DNA of 64,000 bases. Origin: Lingula anatina. Lineage: Eukaryota > Animalia > Brachiopoda. A program made the position numbers and the translations under genes. The DNA is taken from NCBI GenBank assembly GCA_051362555.1, contig CM120640.1, forward strand, positions 56,770,788-56,834,787, written 5' to 3'. This document shows positions 24,650 through 36,400 of this stretch, piece by piece (the stretch's first letter is position 1; each line of letters begins with the position of its first letter). The notes below the pieces were generated by a model. That model had not been told where the DNA came from. It worked only from the letters and a program-made list of their open reading frames with translations, and made no database searches.

Positions 24650-25426
24650 ATGGATACCCCAAAAGTCCAAATTCAGGTTGAAGAACATACACCATTGGAA
24701 CCAACTGCACCAAGTATAACTACAGACATGACTGAGGTAAATTGCCCATACTAGTACTAGTAGTACAGGTATATTGATACTAAATTTTCCTGACGCATTT
24801 ACAAAATGTACAAAAAGTTTTTTTTATCAGATTTATTCACATGCACTTGATTTATTAAACAGTTTGGTAACTCATAATTAAAGTTTACTTTGTGTACAAG
24901 AAGTGTGATATACTTTAATATGTAAAAAAATGTTGCAATTATCATTTTGTCTTTAAATTATTGGAAATTGACCTTTTTATTCTTTATAAAGCACTTTAAA
25001 CATTTCTAGGCAAACCCCAATGAACAAATTAGTGAGGAGATTAAAGTAAATGAACCCCAAGCAAATGAAGAAGTGGAGAGTCCACAAGATTCTAAGGTTC
25101 ACAAAGAACCAGAAACTGGAGAAGTGGAACAGGAGGCTGTGGCAACATCTGACAAAGAGAATGCACAGAAAGGTAAAAGTAATGAGTACAATACAGCTGT
25201 ACTGATGTTGAGTATGTTTTTCAAAAAATAAATCTTATCAGTTTGGATAACTGTTATATAACTTAATCTTATTGTAAAATTGCAATTTTGTTTTGCAGAA
25301 GTAGAACCTGTTAACCCACAGAAGAGATTGTCCAGTGAAGTTTTCAGTGAGAACAGTCAAGAAACCAGCCCAAAGAAACATAGGTTACTGGAATCATCTG
25401 TAAACCAACATGAAACTGCAGCTTGA
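24650..25426 (+). CDS. ~125-aa acidic, intrinsically disordered protein with candidate C-terminal bipartite NLS (unrecognised)
   Basis: Exons 24650-24736, 25010-25172 and 25299-25426 splice in frame: MDTPKVQIQVEEHTPLEPTAPSITTDMTE/ANPNEQISEEIKVNEPQANEEVESPQDSKVHKEPETGEVEQEAVATSDKENAQK/EVEPVNPQKRLSSEVFSENSQETSPKKHRLLESSVNQHETAA*. An AATAAA lies at ~25698. Confidence 0.7.
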
Positions 25427-26060
25427 ACTGATTCTGTGCTAAAAAAACTGTAGCAAAAACTGTAAAAAAACTTTAGCATTTATATTTTGGAAAAAATCTT
25501 TTAATAGATTTTTAATGGAGCTGTTCTTTTTTTATGTAGTTTAAGTTATGATACTTATATCTGCACATACTTTGTAACTGGGCACTTTATTGAAGATTTT
25601 AAAGTCTCAAAATTTTCTAATGTAAGAGTGATTTGTTCTCTCCAACCCTTCATATTTTTAACATTCAAATATTTGTAGCATTAATTGATCATTGACTAAT
25701 AAAAACATATTTCCAATCACGTTTTGTTTTAGAGTAAAATTTGGTGATAAGTAATTTGAAATATTATTGAAATAAGTTTGCAGTGGAATGTGAAATCATG
25801 TTAAAGAGCAACTTATGAAGATGTGCTGGACAAAAAATTACATGAAACGCCTTTGTACATCTGAATGCTAATAATGCCCTTTTTTGTATAATATTGGTTC
25901 GTGATCATTCCAATCTATTTATTTCGTTTGGATGCAAAAAAAATGTTTCGCTAGATTGCACAATATTTGCAAGAACGGCCTCCGGGTAGATCAATGTGCT
26001 GGTTAAAGTGGTGACAAATGTGTTAGTTGAGACGGGTACCACCCAGAATTCAATGTCACA

Positions 26061-29000
26061 ATGTCTGCTTCCAGGCCGAGCTGTCTGCTAGTGCTTAGCT
26101 CTGCAGAACAAGGTAAATAATGGTATAAAATCACAACACAATTATAATTAACCTGTTACAAATAAAGCAGGCAAGTAGAAGTAAAATAAGGGCTATTGAT
26201 GGCTGGTATTGCGGATTGTATTATTGCTTTGGGAACAAGTTTTTTTCCAGTTTTAATGTTATTGGATTTTCAAGAATCCAATCCAATTATTTTTCATTTT
26301 TAAGAAGCTTTTCTTCTGACATTATTTCGTTGCAGGTGTGTCAGCTCAATCTTTCATCCATGCTTTCACTCTCACAAACACAACATTTACCGTCCAGTTG
26401 GCAGCGCCGAATGTAGGTATCAAATTGGGACTTAGGCCAAATATATAAGTCACATTAATTATATAATACGCTTCCTGTTTTTTCTCGGTCCTCACAGTAC
26501 ATGTATATGTGGGTGCATATCTATATTCTGATGATCTTTTGTTCCAAGGGACTTTTGCTCGGAAGGTTTTTTGTTCCGAGGGACTTTTGCTCCAAAGTTT
26601 TTTTTGTTCTCAGGGACTTTTGCTCCGAAGGTCTGCTATTCCGAAACCATAGACTTAGCAGCATCGAGAATCAAACATGGGCTGCATATACTGCTATCAA
26701 GAATTTGCTCTATATACCTGATATGCTAACTGCATGTTGGGAAATAACAGTTGAAAGCACCTGTCTGCACATGCAAGTAACAACACTGCGTTTAAAGCAA
26801 GGAGTTTCAACAGAACTCCTTGGTTTAAGTGCAGCTATCCTCTTTCGGTACAGCGGATCCTTAGACTTAAAATCATTCGGAAGATCAGGCCCTCTAACCT
26901 TTGGAATATTGAACCCTTGGAACAGCGGTCAATTTTTGAACTTGGCTCCTACAATCTTTAGAATATCGGACTCTGGGAACAAGAAACTCTCTGAGTATGA
27001 GGCGTACCCCGTATATGTAACAGTGACATTATTCTGAAAATATTGAACATTTTATTATTGATTTTTACATTTTGTTGATAACGTATGTGTTAGTGTTAGT
27101 TCAACGCTTTGTCAATAAGTTAAATTATGTGTATTTTCAGGGTAAGGCAACAGAATATGTTGACCAGGATGAAAACAGTAGGCGATGGCTGAATGATTTT
27201 AGGACAAAAACTTTCGCACTTCCTCTAGAACTGGAAAAGATAGAAGGTAGAGGTTATGGTGATCCACCTTTGTAAAGGGCATTTGTTATTGATGTTTCAT
27301 TACTCTAGCTTTTAGACTTTTAAGTCTATTAAAATTGCATTTAAACTCATAGTTTTAGCAATAAGGCTCATATCCGGTACATGTATGTTATTTGATTTTG
27401 AAAATTGGGATTGAAAATATCAGCACCTGGGGGCATTGTTACAAACAATACACAGTTATTTTATTTAATTTTTTTTTCATTGCATGTAGAGATTATCAGA
27501 GTGATGGTCCCTCTTTTAAATACACTTCGTTATAGACTGTTTAGAAAATTCTGTGCAACCTTTGATTTAGGGTTTGATTTCCATAAGTCTTACCAGATAA
27601 TTACAATCTGTCAACTTTACCAGTATAACCAGTGCTGTCGAATGCTTTAATATGACATATCAAAACATGTTATGGTTATTCAATCACGAAGCTGCCATAT
27701 TTTGATGCCAAATTTTCACCTTAATGATGTTTAAGTTGTTAAAAATTTCAACAACTTTTTCAGTGAGTAGATATTCTTGCCTACTGATACCACATGCTCC
27801 GGGTGCTGTTCATGACTTGGCCAGGGACAGGGAACTGGCCAAAATAATCAACCACTTTATCAGAGAAAAAAGTAAGTCCTTTGATGAATATAATATTGCC
27901 TTGGTACAGTAAGTTTTGACATTCACAAAATGAAGTTTAATTCTTTTGAATTAAATTAAAATACTTAAATATTTAAAGAGGGCTTGAGGTCTAAGAAAGC
28001 ATCTGACAGAGATAAAGGTATGAACTGGCATTTTAGAAAAGCTAAATCTAAAGCTAAAGCTCTCAAATTTTGCAAATGGGTGGAATGTCATAATTATTTA
28101 TGTCCCAAATTTCAATTCAAAATGTTGCATATATTTTGAAATAGAATACATGTACTTCACATTTGGTGCAAATCTTTAAGTATTTTGTATTGTATTTTAA
28201 TAATTTTAAATTGTTTAATGGTTATAACTGTAAAGTGCATTGGAATGTGCTACGGTGTATATAAAAAGTATTATTATCAGCTATTCTTTAATAGTATGTA
28301 ATTTCACTAGTTAAGTTGACATTCTTTGTGTAGAAAAGAGAAGGAAGAGGGTAATAACTTGATATTTATATATTTGGAAGTAACTGCTGTGAAAATTGAT
28401 ATGCTTGAGAATGGAGTTGGAGGTGTGTGTGACAATTATCTCAGTGTAGAGAGCAGACAATTCAGAAGGTTTATTATTTCCAGAACCAATATGTGCAATA
28501 GGAGCAGGTATAGCTGCCTTGTGCTGTGCAAGGATGGATGACAATAAAACCTGGAGTTTTAAAGATTATAGCATGACATCAGTGAGTACCAGTATAGCAT
28601 TACATTGTAATTTGATGAATTGTACTGAACTAATGGGTTTCATCTGAGATAGCTCAAAGCCTAGTGATATGGCATAAACAATGCAGAATTTCTTGGGATT
28701 TGGAGGAGGGTGCAGTCAGAAATGATGGCAGACTATAGCAATTGCGATGGGGCATTGAATCAAAAATGTCAGAATTTAGCCACATATATGCTTGTGGTTT
28801 TCTCTAAAAGGCACTGAAAGGGATAACAACTGTGTTTTGGCCAAAAAAAAAACAATTTTCCTGGGGCAAACGATCTTCACATACTTACAAATGCTAAATG
28901 AATCCATAAATGAATCAGTTCACGCTTTTTTTCTTAAAAGTTACGTTTTTGTAATAATCTCATAAGAGAGGTATAGCCATAAATGAAGGTCCACGTGGTG

Positions 29001-30781
29001 TGATGGCAAGCACAGATTAGTGTTGCAGTACAAGTAGATATAGAAAACGTGACTTAAATTGGAAATTTTTCTTCGTGTACAGTATCCCTTTAAGTTGTTT
29101 GGAATAAACGTCTGTTGCATAACAGTATGAATTCATCATGTTTTGCAGGTCACTTTTTTTTTTTTTGCTTTTAAAGATGACATTTCCAGCATAGAGTGGT
29201 ACCCATTGTCATCTAAAAGTTGAATGTAAGTTGTACTATTTTTTTTTTTTTTTTTTGTGATATCTGCAGAATTCAGTTTTCGAGTTGGCACGCAGCCCAG
29301 ACTTTGCTAGCCTACCAATTGTCATGGAGGACTTTATCAAGGAGAATGGTGCTGTATACAGTAGTAAGTCTGAATTATTGAAATTAAAGTCATACAGCCT
29401 TGTACTAGGAAGTGATGTTTGCTTATTATAATGTGTTTTCAGGACATAGCTTTTATATTACCACTTATGAATTGATATAATAGTTAAACAATTTTGTGAA
29501 GACTTAAAATATTTAATGAAAACTGTTTTGTAGTTAAAGCATATATTTTAATGAAGACTGTTTTGTAGTTAAAGCATAAAAGCAGGCCTTACAAATGGAT
29601 TATCCATTAGCAAACTCAAGCCTCAGATGTATGAGCAATAATGCCCAAATTAAAGACTCTTAGCAGACATATAAAATTAGCAGCCATGAGCACTGTGCTA
29701 GAAAACACAAATGGTAAATCCACTTACCTACCGGTATATTCAGTATATGCTGAAGATTGTCGAAAGCGCATTGCTACTACATGTATATATATATATATAT
29801 ATATATAATGGATATTAGATTATTGGAAAACCTTAGTATTGTTTGTTTTGAGACATTTTATTAATTGTTTCTCTTTCATCAAAGAAGTATAAAGAGGAGA
29901 AAATAACTCTTTTATGACCAGGAGTTTTCAAAAGCTCTGCCATGCTATTTCTCATATTTTCAGCCATTTTGAAATTACGTAGTCCTTGGTTGAAATGAAG
30001 AACCCATACCATGTGTCCCGCCAGAGACCCCGATGAAAGCTGGCCAAAACGTTTGTGCTTTTTGATACTTTGCGGGAGGCTACTAATTTTATGATTGTGC
30101 ACTGAAATCGTGGCTCAAGTCGTTAATTTGCACATTGGTGCTCCCAAATATGAGGCTCGTGATAACAAACGGCAATTATCGTTTTTTTATCAGGGCTGAG
30201 AAGGCAAAGAACTATATATGGCACTTGATTTAAGCTCTCATGATTTACAAATAACATCCTGACTTTTACTCTTTTTCAGGTAGTGAGCCAGATGCTGTCC
30301 ACATTGTTGTAGACAGACACCTCATCACTGGACAGAATGAGTCATCATCACTGATTGCAGTGCAGAACCTCATACTCCTGTGTAATCAGAAGTAAGCGGT
30401 GTTGTTGTTACACAGATTGATAGCCATAAGCATTTGACATATTCTGCATATTCATAAACCTTATTGCCTCAGTTTATGGGTATTAATCTATTGTTAATAC
30501 CTCCAGAAACAATATATCTGGACATTTTTAGAACTATAGTATCAGCTGATCATAAGTATCTGTTTTAAATATATCAGTAGATAATCGAAGCTACTGAAGG
30601 TCTTTTTCAGCATTTTGAACTTCTGAGATAACTTCAAAACATGGAAGTGACTTTCCAGGATGCATTGTTGCAATAATTTATAGAGATTTGAGATTTAATA
30701 CTTGTATTATCCAAACATAGAAGCTTTAATCATTTTTATTCATATTTCAGGCAGGGAAAGCAGTCTTCAGCTCCAAGATGA
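26061..30781 (+). CDS. GATD1: Glutamine amidotransferase-like class 1 domain-containing protein 1 (DJ-1/PfpI family, PDDC1)
   Basis: Exons 26061-26112, 26336-26412, 27141-27246, 27764-27871, 28484-28581, 29270-29363, 30280-30391 and 30751-30781. Motifs [51 protein letters not shown] and [19 protein letters not shown] match GATD1. Confidence 0.93.
26511..27010. mobile_element. MuDR/Mutator-like MITE with internal ~16/32-bp subrepeats in GATD1 intron 2
   Basis: Ends gggtgcat... / ...gcgtacccc, with the direct repeat gtatatgt on both sides (26503-10 and 27011-18). Tandem agggacttttgctc(c/g)... units lie at ~26547-26645, with opposite-orientation tcggaa/ttggaa units near the right end. Confidence 0.6.
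28819..29089. mobile_element. Second, diverged copy of the Kolobok-type MITE family seen at 21545
   Basis: Shares agggataa.aact, ggccaaaaaa, ttttcctgg, catacttac.aatg..aatgaatcc and gtatagccat.aatg with the first copy. It ends atccct+ttaa. Confidence 0.6.
29513..29578. repeat. ~35-bp tandem duplication
   Basis: tttaatgaa(a/g)actgttttgtagttaaagcata occurs twice in tandem. Confidence 0.8.
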
Positions 30782-33443
30782 AATACGAGTACTTGTAACA
30801 AATTGTTTTAATGAAAACAAAAGAGAAAAAGCATTTCTTTCATCCTGGAGTATTTGTCATTTAGGTTAAAACACTTGGACACTGTGTGTGTTTGGACAGT
30901 ATCATGATCATGCCAAAACAAATTAATCTCTGTTTAAGATAAAAAAATGTAGTCTAGTGATCAAACATTTAATTTTATGTAACCTTTATTTAGTTTGTCT
31001 GGAGTAATCCATGTGTACCTCTTTTGAAATTTAGATCTTTTATATAGGTCATTTTTATTTTTACATGCTATTATGTTGCAGTTGTAAACAGATGTCACGT
31101 TGTAGCTTTTACTGTGATTGTCTTTATCATAAATCAAGATACTCATTCATAAAATTTCTGGAAGATCAGGTGGTTCTATCAATCATATCAGTCAGAAGGG
31201 GGCCCAGTTGAATTATTGGATCTCCATGTTTAAGTCCTGGTGGAAGTTGTTCTAGATACAAGTGCCCCAAATATTTACTGGTTTAAATGACTCTCAGTAG
31301 GGATGCGGATACTCTACTTAGTGCTATTTGTACTAAAGATAATATTATTTTTTAAATTTCAATTTGTATTAGTATTGTATAGTTGTAGTTTTAATAAGGC
31401 TGAGCATTTCTCACAGAAAGATAAATGAATTAAAAGAAAAGAAAAAAAAACAGTAAGGTCCTGTTTGTGCTGTGTTGCTAACAAGACCTTTTTTTTAATG
31501 CTGTCATTTAAGCAACATTTAAATTCATGCGTATTGCCTTCTTTGCACTCACCAAGGTTTCTTACTGTGCTTGAAAAACTGAGCTTAGAGTCTACAGACA
31601 CAAAGCTCCCCAAAATCCGAGTGCTGCCTTCAATAAATTGCTTAAATAAGTGCTGCTTTAAATTATTATCTACTAGACCCTAAAGGTGTAGTTATTTAAG
31701 AACCTAAACACCAGGTGTGTTATTAGCTTTCCACCCTCTGGTTACCGAGATGAAGTCAGTGTTAGTTCTAGCTACAGAAAACCATCAGTTTCAAGTAACA
31801 AAGAGAAACATAATGAATGTTTTAAAAATGTATTCTCTGCCTTAATTACAGAATTGTTTATGCATATAAATGGCAATCTGAATAGTAAACAAATAAATGT
31901 CAGTTATAATATTTTGTCTAAGAGTCAGCATTTTACCAGATTGTTAATGAATGATCTGTTGATACATCACTAAAGACATAAATACTTCTGCACATATGCC
32001 AACTCATTAAATGTCACGAATATGGTTGGAGGAGAAAGGAAACTTTGTACAAAATGATGTCAAATGAGAAGCTAATTTGAAACTAATGTCCATTTCATTG
32101 TTGTCAGCAAATGCCACCAACCATATTGGAACCCCCAATTTGGTATCAAATGGCAATATTTTTTTTTAAGCACTACATATCTACATGTAGAACAAGTAAC
32201 TGCAGGAAGAGAGGCATATGCAGAAAATGACCGAGAACAATGTTATATGGCACTTGTTTTGCTCTTAAGTGACAATACCTTAAATATATTTAGTTTTTAA
32301 GAAACAATAGATTGTTCTCCTATGCCCCAATAAATATGATGGAATTTTATTTAAAGAAAACCTAATATTTTGTGAACACTGACTAGAAGCCACATTAAGG
32401 CTTGTTGATTACAGTAATGCCTTTGCACAAATACCCTTTAGGCTAGTAGCTCATCTCAAAAATACTATCTCATAATATGTCTATTACAAGTACAGAGACG
32501 TCTTTTGCAAAACTTGCCTAAACAGTTCAATGTTACATACACAGACTTAATATAAATATACAGTTTAGCATTGTTACCAACATCCCTTAAAGGTATAAAG
32601 TTGATCCACCTCAGTATGACCCATTTTGGGGGCTGTCTAATAATGATTAGCTTGGTCAATGCAGCAAATCTTAAAACACTGTTGTCCATGTCAGTGTCTT
32701 TGTATAGCTATTACACCAGCTTTGCTGCTGATTTAGATAGCCTGATGAAGTTATGCCAGTAAGACCATCTCACCTCAACTGGAAACACCATTATGTTGAA
32801 CAAAATCCATCCTCACACATGCTAAATTATAAATATTAATTAATCCATATGTAAAGGCCTTGACAAAAGAATAAATACACCTTGTTCACAGAAAATGCAG
32901 GTTTCATACTTACTGACAAATATCACAGCATGTTGCTGCAACACACCCTGGAGCAACATATGGAGAGTAATAATAGACCTTATGCCATTCATATAATTCT
33001 TTCGTAAAAAAAGTTAACCTATCAAACTGCCTAAAAATCTGCAACTCCACTAAATACAGCTTATCTACAACAAATTCTGGTTCTAAAATCTAATGTATTT
33101 TTCAAGTAAATTGACAAATTAATCTCTTGTCACCATTTTACTGTGCATAAGCCATCTTCAAATCCAACATTGTTACATGTGACCCAAGTTTATGAAATAT
33201 CATTATCGCTTCTTACACAGATAACAAAGCTTTTTTCACAACCAATTTGAACTATGTACACACAACATATTTTTGACATGTAGACTAAACAAGATTTGCT
33301 AAAAATTGCCTCTGAAAACACCAGTTGTTAGCATCTGTAACAGAAAGACAAGTGCAAATGATGTGCAGCAAAAATATCATATCCTTTTTTTCATTCTTTA
33401 TTACCTTGAAACCATGGTTTGATTTCTGTGCCTGAGAATTTTT

Positions 33444-36400
33444 TTACTGTTGTTTTTGAGGCTGCTCCTGCTGTACTTGCCCATGTTGTGCCTGTTGCTG
33501 TGAATTTTGCATTGGCTGTTGCTGTTGTTGGGCCTGTTGCTGAGCCTGTTGTTGGGCCAGTTGCTGAGCCTGTTGTTGGGCCTGTTGTTGGGCTTGTTGT
33601 TGAACCTGTTGTTGGCCCTGTTGCTGGGCTTGTTGTTGAACCTGTTGCTGAGTCTGTTGTTGGGCCTGTTGCTGGGCATGTTGTTGGGCCTGTTTCTGAG
33701 CCTGTTGCTGGGCTTGTTGTTGAACCTGTTGTTGGCCCTGTTGCTGAGCCTGTTGTTGTGGTGATGCTTTTTGTTCTTGAGTCTGTGCAGTTTTTTGAGG
33801 CTGCTGAGCTTGTTGCTGTACCTGCTGTTGGGCCTGGGCATGTTGTTGGGGCTGTTGCTGAACCTTTGGTGGTTGTCCTACCACCACCTTGGGTTGACCC
33901 TGTTCTGGTTTTTGTCCTTGTTGAGGCTGTTGATGTCCAATCTGTGGCTGTCCAGCATGTTCACTACCTATCATGTTAGGGTGCCCTTGCTGAAACTGAT
34001 CAGGGTGTGGAGGCTGTTGAAACTGTCCTGGGTGTGGTGGTTGTTGAAACTGTCCTGGGTGTGGAGGTTGTTGAAACTGTCCCGGGTGTGGGGGTTGTTG
34101 AAACTGTCCTGGGTGTGGGGGTTGTTGAAACTGTCCTGGGTGTGGAGGTTGTTGAAACTGTCCCGGGTGTGGTGGAGGTTGTTGAAACTGTCCTGGATGT
34201 GGTGGGGGTTGTTGAAACTGTCCTGGGTGTGGTGGGGGTTGTTGAAACTGTCCTGGGTGTGGTGGGGGTTGTTGAAACTGTCCAGGATGAGGGGGTTGTT
34301 CAAACTGCCCAGGATGTGGAGGTTGTCCAAACTGATCTGGATGGTGTCCAGGCTGAGGCTGAAAGGGTATCCAATATAATGCATGTTACCAGGCATATCT
34401 ATACTACCCTTAATGAAGCATTTAGGCATTGTTCAAGTTAAACCCAACACCAAACCCTACACAATAGGAGTCCAGACCAAAGCATGAAGGGTATTGCCAA
34501 TAACCAAGACTACTTTAGATGTAAAGAAATATATAAAACAACTTTAAGATGAATAATACCATCTATCACCAAAACACAGGAAATCTAACAAAAATAGTTT
34601 TATTCACATTATAACAATTATAATATACAAAATACTCAGAATTGGGATAAAAATGATAATTATAAAAACTAATTACTGAAAAGATTAAAATTCATGTCCA
34701 GTATTCAGTTTAAATATCTAACTGAATATCTTTAACAATAGGTGCCAGCTTAAAATAACTACAAACAACAGTATTAAACTACTTTAAAGCACAAGGGGCA
34801 AATTATTTGACAAAAAAAAAAAAAAAAAAAAATTGAGATTGGTAATCATTTGAACTTAATTGTTTGTAAATATACACCAAAATCCAAGATCTTGTAAGGA
34901 GGCTTAAAATGGCTAGAGATAGATTCTTATTTTGGAGAGGAAGAGTAAAAGTAAATAAGTGATCTAGAAAATATGTTTGGATATAGAGATTGAAATGAAA
35001 GAGTGGCAGTTGATGTTGACATTGGGCATGAAGAGAAAACCATCTACAGCGCAATCAAAATCAGTTTCATTGGAGTATTTTGCATCAATAATTCGCCCCT
35101 ATGCCTTTTAAACATGGGATTACATTACTTATCCCTTAAAACTAATACCCTAACAATGCAAACATTGATGATGGAAAGCTCCCTCAAACACTTTAGCTGA
35201 CACCATAAAATGGGATTAGAACAATTCCAAATAAGTATTTCAACTGCAAGTTAGTTCTTGACCAAGTAAATCCTGCAATCCTAAATTTCTACGCGAGATA
35301 AATTGCACTTAAATTCCATCTCATAATATAAGAGATGCCACCTCTACCTTCACACATGCAAAACATCCTTACCCTCAGAAGCTACATTGTTGCATATTCA
35401 CTAACTTTTACTGATTAGTAGAATAATTTTTCTGATTTCATACTTATTATATTACACAGTACATAAATCCATAAATTCTATAAGCAATGACAACACTTTT
35501 TTCCAGCATCAAGGTATTACCTTTAAACAAATGGACTCTGGAAGTATCATTTACTACACCAGATTGACCATAAACACTGCAGCAGTACAAAAATTCAAAG
35601 AATTTCATAAAAGCAAATCTGGAGCAAATTTAAGCAAAAATACATCAAGAGAAGAAGTTGTGAGCACTACTGTGCAGGGTGTGCTGGCACATCTGTGGAT
35701 ACCTGTTGTCCCATGTGCTGCACTCCTTGCTGTTGTGCATGATCCATTGGTGGGACCTGAAAGAAATGGGAAGACACGACCTTAGTATTAACACATCTCA
35801 GGTAGTTGTGGAATAAAGGCCTTTCTTTAATCAGACATTTTATTTCACATACCATAAGAAAATGGTAAAACAAAATTACTCTAAAACAAAGAAAATACCA
35901 TGTAGTCCAATGGTTGTCATTACAAGCATGCAACAACACTACATTTGAAAACTACCTAAAAAGTAATGTAAGGAATAGCAATTCTACCATTGCATATATT
36001 AATGACAACAAATTATGGTTAATGCATGAATTTTTTATCTGTGTAAAGCCAGTTCCTAATTTTTCTCAAGCATCTAACATACCCCACCTTAAATTGTCAA
36101 AGTGAATGTCACTGCGCAAACCTCTGCTTTATATCACTTACATTGATTTCTCCTGGTTGAGCATGGTGTCTTGCTAACTGTTCCTCATACTCTCTCTGGA
36201 ACTGTTCTAACTCTTCCTGTGAGTACTCTGGCTCCTGCTCATCTAGTGTCTAAAAACATATATTGCCATTTATTGCGGCAAATCTTAATTTCACCAAAAT
36301 ACATACAATAAAGCGCAAGTTATGAATACCTGACTTAATGAAAATTGTGCTATCCAACAAACTCAAGCCTGTAATTTTTCTATATTGGAACTCCTTCTCT

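Noticed and set aside
26501-27037. 178-aa ORF in GATD1 intron 2
   Set aside because: It coincides with a TSD-flanked MITE, and the repeated RDFCS peptide comes from its subterminal repeats.
28484-28540. Missing DJ-1 nucleophile cysteine at the elbow (AIGAG)
   Set aside because: Human GATD1 likewise has AVGHG, so this is normal for the subfamily.
33985-34345. Regular ~27-30-bp repeat array resembling CRISPR
   Set aside because: There are no unique spacers and no cas genes, and the context is eukaryotic. It is a coding minisatellite.
33401-34441. Multiple long overlapping ORFs (N/R-rich, V/E-rich, L-rich, W/L-rich)
   Set aside because: These are alternative-frame and antisense shadows of the nucleobindin coding repeats. 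Only the minus-strand Q-rich frame connects to the gene by splicing.
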